Shown here: piece by piece, positions 42,523 through 53,576 of the stretch
Numbering within the stretch: position 1 is the stretch's first letter
How the letters are laid out: the number at the start of each line of letters is the position of its first letter
Assembly (NCBI GenBank): GCA_051362555.1
Contig: CM120640.1
Location: forward strand, 57,204,788 to 57,268,787
From: Lingula anatina
Lineage: Eukaryota > Animalia > Brachiopoda
DNA length: 64,000 bases
Direction: 5' to 3'
Notes under the pieces: model-generated
The model's database searches: none
The model's input: only the letters and a program-made list of their open reading frames with translations
Told to the model about the DNA's origin: nothing
Translations under genes and position numbers: made by a program

Positions 42523-45500
42523 TTAAATAAAAATGTCTCAAAACCAATCAGACTAATGTATTTCTATAATCTATTATCCATACTGCATTTTAATTTTAAT
42601 ATGGCAGCAATGTGTTCTCAAAAATCTCTGGCTCATATGGAATGTAAATAAGGTAAATAAGCAGACTAACGATTTTTGGTTTGTGGCACAGTGCTAATGA
42701 CTGCTAATTTTACATCTGTGCTATGAAATAGTGGTGCAAGTCATAAACTTGTGCATTAATGCCAACAATTCTGAGGCTTTATTTCACCAACATCTAATCT
42801 GTTGATAAGGCCTGGAATAGAGAAATAAACAGAAGAAATATGAGTAGAAATGCATAGACCAACCAACATGCAATTAAGTGACCAATGATTATGCAATTTT
42901 ATTACAACATTGGATATTTCTGTGATAGTCATATGCATTTTATCCACCATTACACATATAAAATGTTTTACCTTTAGTCTTCAAACCTACAGAATGATGA
43001 ATTTTCATCAAATTTAAGTCGAAAATTCACTAGATCAGACAATTTTTCTGAAAGTTCTGCCATTTCTTTTGCTTTTTATAGCATATTTTATCCATTGTTC
43101 TACAAATTAAATGAAAACTGTGTCATATTTTGCTTTGAAACATGCAGAACTGATTCATAGGTCCAATATACAGATCTAGTTTGATCTGTTTATATTTGTT
43201 GAAGTTATGCTGTTTTTTGTATATTAGTGGCTTTTCTTGAGATTCAATCCTTAAGCATGTTAACAGTCTCAGTATTGAACTAATTAGATTTTATTTTGAG
43301 TTTTTATTTTTATTTTTGACATTTTCAGCATCTTAACAGTCTTTTTAGTGGATTATATTAAATTGATGGTATATCTGTTAACCATGTATTTTGTCATAAA
43401 GATTCCAAAATGGAAATAAACACATATCAGTGCAGTTTGTCAAATTAAATCCCTCACAATGTCCAGAATGGAGTAAATTGGACATTTGAAATTGTTCTAT
43501 TGATATTTTCCTCATTTTTTAAAAATGTTGTTAGTTGATCACTAAAATATGAAAGAAAAGTGATAATTATGTATTATGTAATAAATTGAAAATGTCAATT
43601 AACTATTTTGGTACAGTTATCTCTTGTGCACATATTGGCATGACACATAAGTGTGACTTTGAAATTTATGTTATTTGAAATTTGAAATTCAATTGGCTTG
43701 GAGACCTTTGCAAGTCACAATTTCTGAATGTGATAATGCTGTTTAACATTATGTAAAATATTGCATTAGAATTGAAGAACACCCTTTTTTGGACACTATA
43801 GTGACCTATTAAGGAAAACCATATCACCTATGATTCTCAAACTTACAAAAAATATGATAGGACTAAAACACAGCTTAATTTGGAAAAAAATTGCTTGATT
43901 GGATTCTTTTTCTAGAAGTGATGTCATTTTTAATGAAATTTTCAAGGTGTATCTTTGAACTTCCATGGACTTGAAGACCTTTAATTTACAAGTCACATTT
44001 TCTGAATATCCATGATACTCATTGTATTATTAAAATTGTTGGTGATAATGCTCTTTAGCATTATGTAATATTGCATCAAAATTGCTAAAATAAACTTGTG
44101 TAGTGTCACTACAAATGCTCTAAAAGGAAAACTTACTAATTACTTAAAACTTATTATTATGTAACTTACAAGAATCATTGACATAAAACTCAAATTGGCA
44201 AACCAGCTTGATGTCTGTACATTTGACAGCTTTGCTGCCTTGTTAAAAATGAAGTATGAATGTGATACGATATATGGAATGATGGAATAAATGAACACAC
44301 AGTGGATGCAGTGCTAATTTAAATTTACACATTTGCCTGTATTTTTCATATCCGTCTGGTTGAATGGAGTTGAGCTTTAATTACTGTGCCCCTGCAGGGA
44401 TGCTGCGTGGGGAGGCGTGTGAGAGGCGGAGAGACCATCACAGATTTAAGCTGTCTTTCTTTCATGTAGGTCCACCATATTTAAGTCGTGGACCAGTTAT
44501 AGCACTAGGATCTTCTCATTCTGAATGGACCCAAAAATAGTATATATAAAACCAACATACATTAACTAAAAGTCTTAACTACTTGGGCAATGTGAGTGGT
44601 AAAGCATTATATGTAGCTAGGTTTGTGAATGCTTATTTTGTGAATGGCTGTGATCATGTTAAACCTTGGTAATGTAAGGAAAACTGTTGAAATCTTGAAA
44701 AAAGTTCAAATTTTGCTATATAAAGGCCACAAGCTGATCATTTGCCTTTAAGAATGTATGACATAACCATTTTCCTATCTGATTTCATGATATAGTTACA
44801 GTGAGTGAATTGTTTGGGATGGGGCTAAGGAGGTGATTCAAGAAATGTTACATTTTACTTGCATAAGAAAATGTGACATCATGTTTATTACATCTAATAA
44901 GTTGTTTTGAAGTTTACTTACTTAAAAGAATTAATTATCAGTTGTTTATTAAATAATTGAATCACATGCAGTATACCTGCCACAGTGAGGATGTTTTGCC
45001 AAATTACTTCAGAAAAACATGAAAACATCGGATATGGCTGTAAACGTAGATCTTTGGCATTCTTCTAAAGTTGTGTGAGTTAAATGCACCGTATTGGAGA
45101 AAAGAGAAACTTGACCCACAGAGTTGAGTTGAGCTATATTTTATTCATTTGTTCACCATGCCAAGAAACCACTAGGCATATACTGCATTTCATACTGGCA
45201 GTAGCAGGAGAATGACAAGTTCTCATTCTCATTCCAGGAAACATAGCAGTGGAGATTTACAGAGTCGCCTGAAGACAAGAAAGCTGCTAGGAGTAGGGGA
45301 AACTGATGATGGAGATGTCCACAGATCAAAGGTAATATAACATAAAACTGTGGGGTATCTGTCAGCGTTATGAAGCCTCCTAGCTTCTGCTGATATTACC
45401 AGAGAGGAATAAGAACAGAGCATCCTCAGGGGAATCTGATTAACATCATTTGTAAATTTTTTATTTATAGTAAAATGTGAATTCTGTAAGTTTTTTCTTG

Positions 45501-48500
45501 TACAACATTAAATAATGGCATGCTTTTAACACCTTGTTCCTAAAGAAATTACCTTGTAGCAATACTACTAGTACATTGGCAGTACATGGATGTCAGTTTT
45601 ATAATGCCATTGTTCCAATGAAAATTGATTTTAATTAACAGAATAAACTGAAGATGGTATGTAATATCTATAAGTAATAGAAATGTTGTTATTTCCAGCT
45701 TAGCCAAATTCTTGGCCACAGTGAACAGTTGTACACAAAGTTACCCAAAGGACTACGGTTATGGCAGTATATTACAGGAGTTTGGTTCTTTTTGATAGCA
45801 GTTTGGGTAGGTGACCAGTCATTTGGTACAGCAATTTCGTCATAATTAAGTGAGAAAATCTGTGAATAATGATAAGCAACAGGCACTTCACTAAATTATG
45901 GTTTTTGCTTTTGTCTTATGCTTTCATGCTTTTCCTTGAGCCCACAGCATATGACAAAACAATCAGATTTAGACTTATTGCAATCAAATCCCATTGCCAA
46001 AATCAAAAATACCCTGCAGAAAAGCAGAACAGAAATGATATATATGGTAATGTGTGAATCAACTTGCTTGTGTTCACACCAGAGTTCCAACTCTAACTGA
46101 AACAAGTTTAAAGAGGATCAGTTGGTTACATATATATGGCAAAATAGCTTTTTCCCATTCCCTTTATTTTTATTACTACATGTAATATTAATATTATTGC
46201 AATCAAAATAAACACTTGCTTTATTCACCACCTCACTTGCTTCTGTGCATAGGTTGGCCAAGCATTAATCACAAATTTGGTTGATTTGTAAATTGGTATG
46301 ACATAATGATTGGTTTCCAATGTAACTCCCAGACTAAGAAAGGTATAACCATGACAATTGGCATGGTTGATGACTAGGGTGTGAACCACAATCTTTTACC
46401 AGCGATTGGTCTTCAATTGTTTTGTTTAGGTGATATGAATGAGCCACTAATTGAAATATTCTATGAAACAAAGGCATTTCTTCACCTCTTTATGTATTAA
46501 CTCACAAGTAAACCTTTCAAGAAAATTATCTGGCACAAGATTGTAGTGCTTACATTGTTGCAATTAAATGGGCATTAAAATGCTGTTGTTATTTTTTAGG
46601 GTGAAGGAGATTGTTTGAAATCGATTTTATAGTTTTCACCCCCAAAACACGTGCTGCTGTTGCATCATCATCATCTTGAGTTAGCCAATTCAATCCAATG
46701 TATTTTTGATGTGACAGCATTATCTCATAACATGACAATGTTCATTTCCACATTTTCTAAGTGAATGAGGAAAAAATTGCTGTCCTTTAACTAGATTTGC
46801 TATATACAGGATTAAGAAGTCTGGAATTTTGTGTATTTTGTTATTTGGTGAATTCAGATGTTGCAGATACTAGTAGGTCTGCTAACAGTCTAAGGAAGTC
46901 ATTTGAACTTGACTTACTGAGTGGGAATGATCTGCCAGTGAGTGGTATGAATGTGTACATGAAAGCCATGCAGGGAGACCAGGTTGCTGAATGAGGTATA
47001 ACTAATTGAATGCACTGTGCACAGGTGACTTAGAAATGATTCAATCAACATTACCTTTAACATTTCTGTAAAAAGTGATTTGCAAGGTATGGTATGTCTA
47101 CCTTAAATCTGGTTTTTCAATAATGTTGAAAGAATGTGCTAATCAGAGGAATTAAATTAGCTAGACTCTGAGATTGCAAACCCAAAATATATTCCTATTT
47201 CCAAACAAGAAATCAGACATATGCAAAAAAAAAAAAAAAAAAGGGAATGAATGAATGAGTTAATGAATAATGACAAACATTAATCATTTGGTCATTACTC
47301 TGCAAACAGACAAAAGTTCTAATGCTGTCCTGAGGTAAATTATCATGTAGACTTGAAATGTTCCATTTAGCAAATATATTATGTCACTAAGTCACTAAAC
47401 CACTTTTGGGAATTAGGGAAAGATTATGATATTTTTCACTTATGCAAGCTATTACAACAAATCTTTGTGTTGTATTGTTATCAATTTCCTGACATTTTTT
47501 TCTGTAATACATTGTGATTCTGTCTGACTGATGTAATCACAGTTGTTGCGTAGATGGTTGCTCAGCTGACTATGGGTAACATATGGAGAAGATACCAAAG
47601 GTCATATCTAAATTCTTATCTTTAATAATTCATGATAGTAATTTGGTCATTCTTGGTTGCCTACTTGACAAGGTACCTTATTTTTTCTTTCTGCGAAGAT
47701 CATATAAATGTAATAATAACAGTATTATAATGAAATTATTTTATGAATTAATGAAAAAGTTTTACTTACAAATTACAATACACAGTTTGATTGAAAAGTC
47801 ATTACTGCTGATTTTAACTAGCCCTATGAGAGCCATAGAGAAGATAAAATATATATATACCATATTTACCCTCAATAAATAAAGTTTAATAAATAAATAA
47901 ATGAATGAACATGAATTGTCAAATGTGAACCCAGAGACTTTGCAGACTTTGTTCTTTAGTGTGTGTGCATGTGTCTGTGTGTGTGCATGTGTGTGTGACA
48001 ATCTGTAGGGTCATTTTTGACTTTTACAATACAAATTTATGCAAGACATCATATAATATGGAACATTGATAATATGTTATTCTAAATAATTGGACATTTT
48101 TCAAAATGTAACATCTGTTTTAGGCATTATGTTTCCCAGCTCATTTCTTTGGGATCACATTTGATCAAGAGAACAGCAATCACTTAACTGTACCACTGAG
48201 GCTATATGGGGCAGCTCTTCTTAGTAAGTGAGAAACACAGATGACTTTGATTATGTAGTACAAATGTATGTGATAATTATATATTAAAATGACACTGAGT
48301 AACTTTTATTGTTTCTGAGCTACTTGATTAGATGTAGTATGTAATATAATTTCAATATGAATTATGTGATATTATTTCAATATGAGTTATCTTGTTGAAA
48401 ATATGTCTTTAGTCCGAAGATATTGATAAATCCTTGATAATCCTTACTTCGAGAAACCTGTCGGAGATGGGTCAATCCTGCTAGATCGATCTAGGTATTG

Positions 48501-50154
48501 GAACAAGGTCTAAGCTTTCATAAACTTACTCCAGGTTTTATACCCATCTATGTGTTCAGAACAAATTAAAGAGGATCCAGCGTGTTGCACAGAGGGGTGG
48601 AAGACATACATGATTTCACTTCCCACACTTAATCAATAGGAAAGGGGTTGGGTCTCCTTTAACCCTCTCTTGATCTTTCTCTACATCATTGCTAATATTT
48701 CAATTTCTTAATTCTGTGTTGTTTTTTTTTTTCCTCCAGGCTTTGCCCTTCTGTTTTGGAGTACTTGGGTATCTGTGGATAAAAATGTAATCAAATGGTC
48801 TGTGGTGTCAAGCACAGTGTACTTCTCTATCCATGCTGTGGGTGAGTAATTTCCATCTATTCTCTTAATTTTAATTAAAATCTCCCTGTTTTCTCAAAGG
48901 CTCTTAGCTAATGAACTTCATTCCATGCTCTGGCCTAAAAGTCAATCCAAGCTATGACCTGGGAGTCTCTTTCCATGCTCTGTGCTAGATTTCTGGTTTC
49001 ATTGTGTGAGCTAATTAGTATCATTCCATGCTGTGGGCAAGAAATCTTCAATCCATTATATTTCTTCACCATTTTGAATACATCTGTAGTTTGACCTTGA
49101 ATGGTCTGCTGACAGCTGCTGCAGTAGTTTTTCATGCAATTAATGCACTTACAAAATTTTGCAAATAAACCAATGATCATGATGAATTATATCTACAGTC
49201 ACCATACTATGCACAGTGACATCAGTGTATTCTATTCAAAATTAGGGAATTTGGGTGGGAAACGTGTGATTTCCTTTTGTGTGTATGACAAATATGATGC
49301 TCTGCTATCCCCTAGCCAGATATACATGATAGCATGCCTCACTATCCCTCAGCATGCTATCATGAATATTGGGCTTGTGGACTGTGCATTATTAAATACA
49401 TACATTTTGATATCTGAATGCCCAGAAAACATATCTTCAATCTGTTACAACTAAAATCTAAATATTTGCATGTTTTAACACTAAGTGTGAAGGGAGTTTT
49501 CTATTACCTGCTCCTATAGACTACAGTGAAGTATAATATCTAGGGATACTAAAATCTGGGAAATGTTGACAGCATCCAGATAGGAAGCAGGAAGGAAGAA
49601 TCTCTAAAGCCTTTTAGTTGTAAGTAAAATATGGCAGACAAACAGTTCAAATGGATCACTTCCATGAACTCTAGGAAAAAGGTCTTGGCACAAAGTACAG
49701 CCTATAGGGTAATTATAAAGGTATGCTCAACAATCCATATTTGAAAATGCCTCAAAGTCCTATTTTCTCTGTCTCACTGTCATGCAAACCTACTTATCTT
49801 TCCCCTTTCAGAATATGATAAAACTCCTCAAAAGCACTTGATGTTGTTATTTCTTTCTGAAATGTACAGGGAGACTTAACGGTTAATTAAGTGACTGACC
49901 AGTTATTTAAAACAAAATCATTTAATTATAAATGGTATAAAATATCAGATCTAATTGCAGGGTCTGCTCAGCAATGATTCTTGAGTAGGAGAAAATTGCT
50001 GAAAAAAATTCAATTTGACGGGAAATCCCTGATAGCTAGGATGCTAGCTAGTACCTTTAAACATGTGACTAAGACCCGTAGAAAATAAAATGGAAATCAG
50101 TTTTGTTTCTGTCCACAAAGGTGGTTTTAGTGGGCTTATTTTAATGTACTAAAT

Positions 50155-50197
<43 letters not shown>

Positions 50198-51095
50198 ACC
50201 CTGGTGTTGCTTAATTCAGAGGCTGCAGTTTATCTCGAAGATGAAATCTGTCTAAGCACTAAGAGATGATCATAATTTCCCCCAGGATTCCCACATAAAG
50301 ATTGCCAACAAGCCTAGGATAAATTGCAATAATAGGTGCTGCTTCACAGGAAATGAAGAGAGCCTAAACCGACATCATGATTAATGTTATTTAAAGCAGT
50401 AAACATAGTTTAAGCCTCCATTAGAGACAGGCTGTCAGGAGTGACTGCTGCAGTCTAGCAGTAGTTTTTACCCTCTGATATCAGGGAGCTCTAAAATTGT
50501 AACAGACTACTAGTGGATGCTGTGACTAGAGAGTAAACATTAATTGTCATATTTACATGGTTATCATGTTAATAAATTGAAGATGTGATCCTTAATAAAT
50601 GTACAAAGTTTAATTTCAGATCACTGATGCAGACATTGGGGGAATGAATTTATTGCTAGCTATGATTTTTCATTAAATTAGTTCTATTGTCTGCTCCATA
50701 GTCTAGTCATTTGTATCTTGTATCTTTTCTTTCTTTCGGTTATTTTTCTTAGTTGTTTCTTTAAAATACTTATTTTACAATATAGATGTTTAAAAAATTC
50801 TTTTCTATTTTAATCATATAAATTCAGATGTTGTAAGACATTCTTTTATCAATTTTTCATTACAGTTAGCCTTGGAACATTATTAGTGAATGGAGGTGTG
50901 TCCAGGTATTCTGCCTTGTTGTTGTTGTGTCGCATGGGTTTCATTGGAGTAAGCATCTACTACTACCTGGCACTGGACAGTAAATTGATTCACTTACAAC
51001 GAATGTGGGGATGTGTAAATCAGACTGGCGAATCGTCCTCTGCCGCCACCCCTAGCCCCAATGGAGAAGGGGGCACCTGGAAAAAGGAAAACTGA
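6963..51095 (+). CDS. TP53I11: Tumor protein p53-inducible protein 11 (PIG11) homolog, spliced; long isoform join(6963..7558,45238..45331,45699..45806,48124..48223,48740..48841,50866..51095), 409 aa
   Basis: All introns are GT-AG with matching phases (2,0,0,1,1). The translation contains [61 protein letters not shown] and SIYYYL, matching recalled TP53I11 motifs ([50 protein letters not shown]). Four hydrophobic segments. The 6963..7558 link is inferred from a perfect phase-2 donor. Confidence 0.9.
9207..9560. mobile_element. 354-bp MITE with the same TIR start as 5261-5433, 9-bp TSD (Mutator/MULE-like)
   Basis: TIR TACCCTCTACCAGGGTG...CACCCTGGTAGAGGGTA; TSD GCTGGCTAG at 9198-9206 and 9561-9569. 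Confidence 0.88.
11136..11350. mobile_element. MITE family A copy 1 (PIF/Harbinger-like, 3-bp TSD)
   Basis: Imperfect TIR ..ATTCCCAGAG..TAGAT(C/T)GATCTA; TSD TAT/TAT; close internal match to 27879-28103. Confidence 0.75.
11575..11681 (+). promoter_or_regulatory. Candidate internal promoter: CpG-rich block with inverted CCAAT, AP-1 site and E-box
   Basis: TGATTGGTT (ATTGG 11608-11612), TGAGTCA (11618-11624) overlapping GTCACGTGA (11621-11629), and dense CpG (cgccctcgcgtatcgcg) in CpG-poor DNA; no TIRs seen. Confidence 0.5.
11682..11698 (+). CDS. TP53I11: Candidate alternative first coding exon of TP53I11 (MSVYK[G])
   Basis: GCC-ATG context right after a CpG-rich promoter-like block; phase-2 donor GG|gtgaca (non-optimal). 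Confidence 0.3.
11837..11876. repeat. (GT)n microsatellite
   Basis: About 20 GT units. Confidence 0.95.
14185..14382. repeat. Tandem duplication, 2 x about 102 bp
   Basis: atagtactttgt.acaaaagagattataacaaaaacccaacc..tttagaaa at 14185 and 14287. Confidence 0.9.
14798..16129. mobile_element. Non-autonomous Kolobok-like element (TTAA target) with internal minisatellite
   Basis: TTAA|AGGGACACT..ATG ... CAT..AGTGTCCCT|TCAA; subterminal inverted repeat aaaaaacttgaaaatttcgtc (about 15026) vs gacgaaattttcaagtttttt (about 16038); CpG-rich interior. Confidence 0.65.
15245..15750. repeat. Degenerate tandem repeat, about 7 units of 56-83 bp
   Basis: Recurring atatgaaaattgccttctc..tctcactc..acgaacaatctcc at about 15246, 15302, 15385, 15462, 15541, 15610 and 15684. 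Confidence 0.85.
17324..17380. repeat. (TAT)n microsatellite
   Basis: About 19 units. Confidence 0.95.
18821..19740. mobile_element. Degraded CMC/EnSpm-like non-autonomous fragments (CAACGT/ACGTTG subterminal motifs)
   Basis: CCCAACAGGCA start, clustered aacgttg/tcaacgtc motifs at 18846-18960 and 19610-19720, CACTGTAAAAA at 19053; no matching right terminus found. Confidence 0.4.
21156..21776. mobile_element. Tc1/mariner (pogo/Tigger-like) MITE, 621 bp
   Basis: TA|CGGTAATGTGCCATGAATTTC ... GAAATTCATGGCACTTTACCG|TA; 21-bp TIR with 1 mismatch, TA TSD. Confidence 0.8.
21825..21863. mobile_element. Degraded hairpin mini-element, about 39 bp, near-perfect 7-bp TSD
   Basis: CAAAGAGTTGTAGAG...CTCTACAACTTCTTC flanked by GATAAAT/GATAAAA. 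Confidence 0.45.
23500..24070. repeat. Degenerate tandem repeat of about 140 bp (TGACCTTGA-type), 3 full plus partial units; probably the core of an old non-autonomous element
   Basis: gcccatatt.act..gaact.gaataggaagtcatata..ggcaat..tgaccttgaa.ttgacc at about 23504, 23649, 23788 and 23890; bracketed by a direct repeat of about 60 bp (gcattttgtagagcttgtcaag) at 23290-23347 and 24115-24173. Confidence 0.75.
24725..24964. mobile_element. MITE family B full copy (PIF/Harbinger-like)
   Basis: Perfect 24-bp TIR GGGACCATTCAGATCGAGAAGAGC; flanks ATA/TTA; second copy at 44357-44532. Confidence 0.85.
25947..25990 (+). CDS. TP53I11: Candidate alternative first coding exon of TP53I11 ([14 protein letters not shown][L])
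   Basis: aagATGG start, in-frame TGA upstream at 25905, phase-2 donor CT|gtaagt; TATAAAG at 25717 and Inr-like TCACTT at 25749. Confidence 0.5.
27879..28103. mobile_element. MITE family A copy 2 (PIF/Harbinger-like, 3-bp TSD)
   Basis: Shares gagtctcactagattactgtcag, gtcccgcctact and tttagcgtgaacccccagggagttaggtcgatcta with 11136-11350; TSD ATA/ATA. Confidence 0.78.
29272..29736 (+). mobile_element. 5'-truncated LINE remnant (L2/Crack-type ORF2 C-terminus, 3' UTR and (TTA)n tail)
   Basis: Translation [40 protein letters not shown]...F*KELKTFIF fits the L2-clade C-terminal pattern (Y.P.R.LRS...LL..P..R...AP..WN.LP...FK..LKT.LF) with internal stops. It ends actataaataaatgttattgttattattatta. 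Confidence 0.72.
34430..34624 (+). promoter_or_regulatory. Candidate internal promoter upstream of the [12 protein letters not shown] exon
   Basis: GTCACATGA (34432), CCAAT (34448), TATAAT (34483), CAGCTG, GGGCGG (34520), local CpG enrichment. Confidence 0.4.
34625..34662 (+). CDS. TP53I11: Candidate alternative first coding exon of TP53I11 ([12 protein letters not shown][R])
   Basis: caaaATG start, phase-2 donor CAG|gtcagt; CCAAT (34448), TATAAT (34483) and GGGCGG (34520) upstream. Confidence 0.55.
37102..37203. repeat. Compound microsatellite (AAT)n(ATT)n(GTT)n
   Basis: Directly visible; the first two blocks are reverse complements. Confidence 0.95.
37920..39166. mobile_element. CACTA/CMC-EnSpm-like non-autonomous element with internal inversions
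   Basis: Termini CACTAGTGGG...CCCACTAGTG flanked by CAT on both sides. An inverted copy of about 58 bp of the left end lies at 38417-38475, and 38210-38350 is inverted relative to 39007-39150. Confidence 0.6.
41050..41132 (+). CDS. TP53I11: Candidate alternative first coding exon of TP53I11 ([27 protein letters not shown][M])
   Basis: aagATG start after an in-frame TGA at 40990; phase-2 donor AT|gtaggt. The junction SPRFM-KHS resembles vertebrate PPLMKKHS (recalled). CCAAT (40764) and TGACGTAA (40786) upstream. Confidence 0.45.
43690..44130. repeat. Old dispersed repeat, two tandem partial copies; inverted copy at about 27690-27870
   Basis: gtgataatgct..cattatgtaa..tattgcat..aattg at about 43730 and 44042; ttcaaggtgt..tttgaacttccatg matches the reverse complement of 27695-27722. 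Confidence 0.55.
44357..44532 (-). mobile_element. MITE family B truncated copy, inverted relative to 24725-24964
   Basis: ttaattactgtgcccctgcaggga..ggggaggcgtgtgagaggcggagagacca..ctgaatggaccc is the reverse complement of about 24725-24900. Confidence 0.8.
45238..45331 (+). CDS. TP53I11: TP53I11 first shared exon ([31 protein letters not shown])
   Basis: Acceptor ctcattccag|G, donor AAG|gtaata; family signature motif. Confidence 0.95.
45699..45806 (+). CDS. TP53I11: TP53I11 exon ([36 protein letters not shown]; TM1)
   Basis: Acceptor atttccag|CTT, donor TGG|gtaggt; 108 nt, phase 0/0. Confidence 0.93.
48124..48223 (+). CDS. TP53I11: TP53I11 exon ([33 protein letters not shown])
   Basis: Acceptor gttttag|GCA, donor TTA|gtaagt; 100 nt, phase 0/1. 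Confidence 0.93.
48740..48841 (+). CDS. TP53I11: TP53I11 exon ([34 protein letters not shown])
   Basis: Long pyrimidine tract then ccag|GC, donor G|gtgagt; 102 nt, phase 1/1. Confidence 0.93.
50157..50195. repeat. (AC)n microsatellite
   Basis: About 19 units. Confidence 0.95.
50866..51095 (+). CDS. TP53I11: TP53I11 last coding exon ([11 protein letters not shown]...SIYYYLALD...GTWKKEN*)
   Basis: Acceptor tttcattacag|TT, phase 1, open to TGA at 51093-51095. Confidence 0.9.
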
Positions 51096-53419
51096 TACTG
51101 AAGAATTGAAATGTTTGCCTTTGTTATCCTACATTCTCCTCTTGGCATTTACTTCTTGCATTCTGGAGTAATTAGTATTGATTACAAATACAAGCCACTT
51201 GCCAATGTGTTTTTGTTAAAACTGTGGGGTTTGGAGGGCACATATATAAGTAGCTTGCCATTTCGTATGTGTAAGAGCCAAGGGGATTGCAAGGCACCCC
51301 ATATATATATAGACATTAGCCCACTTAGTCTCTTAATAAGGCAAAACCCTCCAGCAGAAGCAGAGAATTGGCATAATGCCAACAAAGAGTAAACAGAATC
51401 ATGCTCTCAGTTGTTACCATTTCTCCAGTTGTATTTCTCTTTGATGGCAGGAAAAGTTACCAGTTAGTTACATTTATATCTGACCTGTTCAACAAAAAGG
51501 TAAAAACAGTCAATGGTAATTTAACTTCTTATTGCTGCAGTTCACTGGCTTGTCTGAAGTGTTGTGAATTAATTGTCACAAAAAGTTCAGAAGTAATGTC
51601 TGCTATTTTCACTGTAGGACATTCATGTATCAGCATGGTGCATAACTTACAACTGACAGAGAGGAAACCGGCTCTGAAAGGATGCACGTTTACATAAGCA
51701 GTGAAAAACTGCTGCATTTGAACAGATGGAAAGTTTTGTGCAAAAATCCACTACATTCAGAAGTGGCGTTCCAAAGATGTTCAGTTTATTGTTTCCCATC
51801 AGGGTGGATGTTTGTTGTCATTTGTTTTCTTGTCAACATGGCTTACTTGTTTATTATCTCATATCTTCCCCTAACCATGTGCGTCAGCTGTTCTTTTATT
51901 GGAATCAATAAACTGTATTTTAAGGACCAATTTTCATTTTTGATGTAAAAGTTACAAAGATGCTTTAGTAACAAAATAAGTGGGCAGTGTTGTAAAGAAA
52001 TCACATGAAGAGTAGTATTTGGTAAAATCATGTAGTACAAAGGTGGCCTTACTACTAATTAAAATGAGTTGTTTACCTGGGGTATGGGGGTGGGGGGGGG
52101 AGACATGCCTGTTGTATTATGTTATCAGTTTTAATTTAAATGAGATATATAATTGTACATTTTAATATGAAATGTAGTGTTTGTAAACATATTGGTCTAG
52201 TATATAATTTATCAGATGTAATATATAGTGCAATATTTCCAGGGTGTGGCAGGTACTCCTAGCACTATCTTATTTCCAGTGTTTTCCAAACATCAAAAAC
52301 TAAAAGTGCTAAAAGTGTGTCCTCTTATACTGATGCTGTATGTCAGTCATATGTTTTGAAAAAAAAAAAAAAAAACACAGTAAATAACGACACTTTTCAT
52401 GTAATCAAATGGAGACAAATAATTTGACTAACAATGACTTTTTGATAAATACCTTGTTACCCTTAGCAAAGAAAAATTTGCCAGTAAATAAATATCAGTT
52501 AGTTAAAACAATAGGTCTTTGCTATAATATTACCGTACCATTTCATAATCTCAAATGATGCACTATTTGCAGACTAGTGTATTCCTCTAGGTATATCTGT
52601 CACACAGTTTTAACTGGGAATAATTTCATAGGTACTGAAGCTTGCATATAGTAAACCTTAATGTGCAATTAATGTACAATGGCAAAATGAGTGTAACAGC
52701 ATTAAACATATTATGAAAATTCTGTTTTCTTTTTTATGTTTATAAGATTCAAGATCTAGAATTCTAGCATGAAGAAAAATCAGATATGTCAAAAGTGGCA
52801 TGTTTGTTTTATTTTTGTCTCTGAAGATTTTATATTAAGGATACAAAGGGGGTCTATTTTTATTATTTCTATGTAAAAGAAACTCTAGTTGAGCAGAATG
52901 CAAGGGAATACAACATCCATTTGCCAAATAGAATCATGTATCACCTCCCACATTAATTAGATTATCTTTGGTTTCTTTTATGTTTTTCAGTGTTGCCAGA
53001 TATTCCCTTTCTCAAAGTCAACAGACTTCCATCACCTTAACAGAAATTCTTTGAGAAAAATAAAATCTTACGTTTACAGTAAAAATAATATTTAAATATG
53101 ATTATTTCAAATCTTTTGGTGCTTCATGAATAAAATTACTGCCTTTCCTCAGTCCTCCTGTCTTAATTGAAGTAAGAGACCCAATTCATGTCAATCGTTA
53201 TTCACCTAAAACTGTGTTACATTATTTATTGATTTTGTATGCAGTGTAAAACATACTTCTTAATTAAAAAGTTCATATTTGTAGCCAATTTATTGACACT
53301 GTAGTATAATGTCATGTCCTACTTTTCTTCTAAAAACAAAATTAGTGCTGCTCCCTTCTCATTATATCCTGGATTACGTGCTTTTTTTTTTTTTTTTTTT
53401 TTTCAATTACTTGTCTCTA

Positions 53420-53576
53420 GAACTTGGCATTAAAGATGGCTTGGGGCCACTGAAGACCGATCTTGGGCCAGTGAATAACAGGGGTTACTGGCCCGAAGGG
53501 CAAGTAATATTTAAAGCACCAAGTTACCCTTGTAATATTTACTGGCCCATAGTGTGAAAGTTAGTGTGAAGCCCTG
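53420..53576. mobile_element. Partial hAT-like MITE (one end)
   Basis: Ends gtgtgaagccctg (CAGGGCTTCACAC on the - strand) with repeated gggccagt/actggccc subterminal motifs. Confidence 0.35.

Noticed and set aside
46858-46995. 138-nt AG..GT-bounded segment inside a TP53I11 intron (overlaps ORF 46797-46994)
   Set aside because: In the required phase 0 it reads [11 protein letters not shown]; no homology recognised. At most a poison-exon candidate without support.
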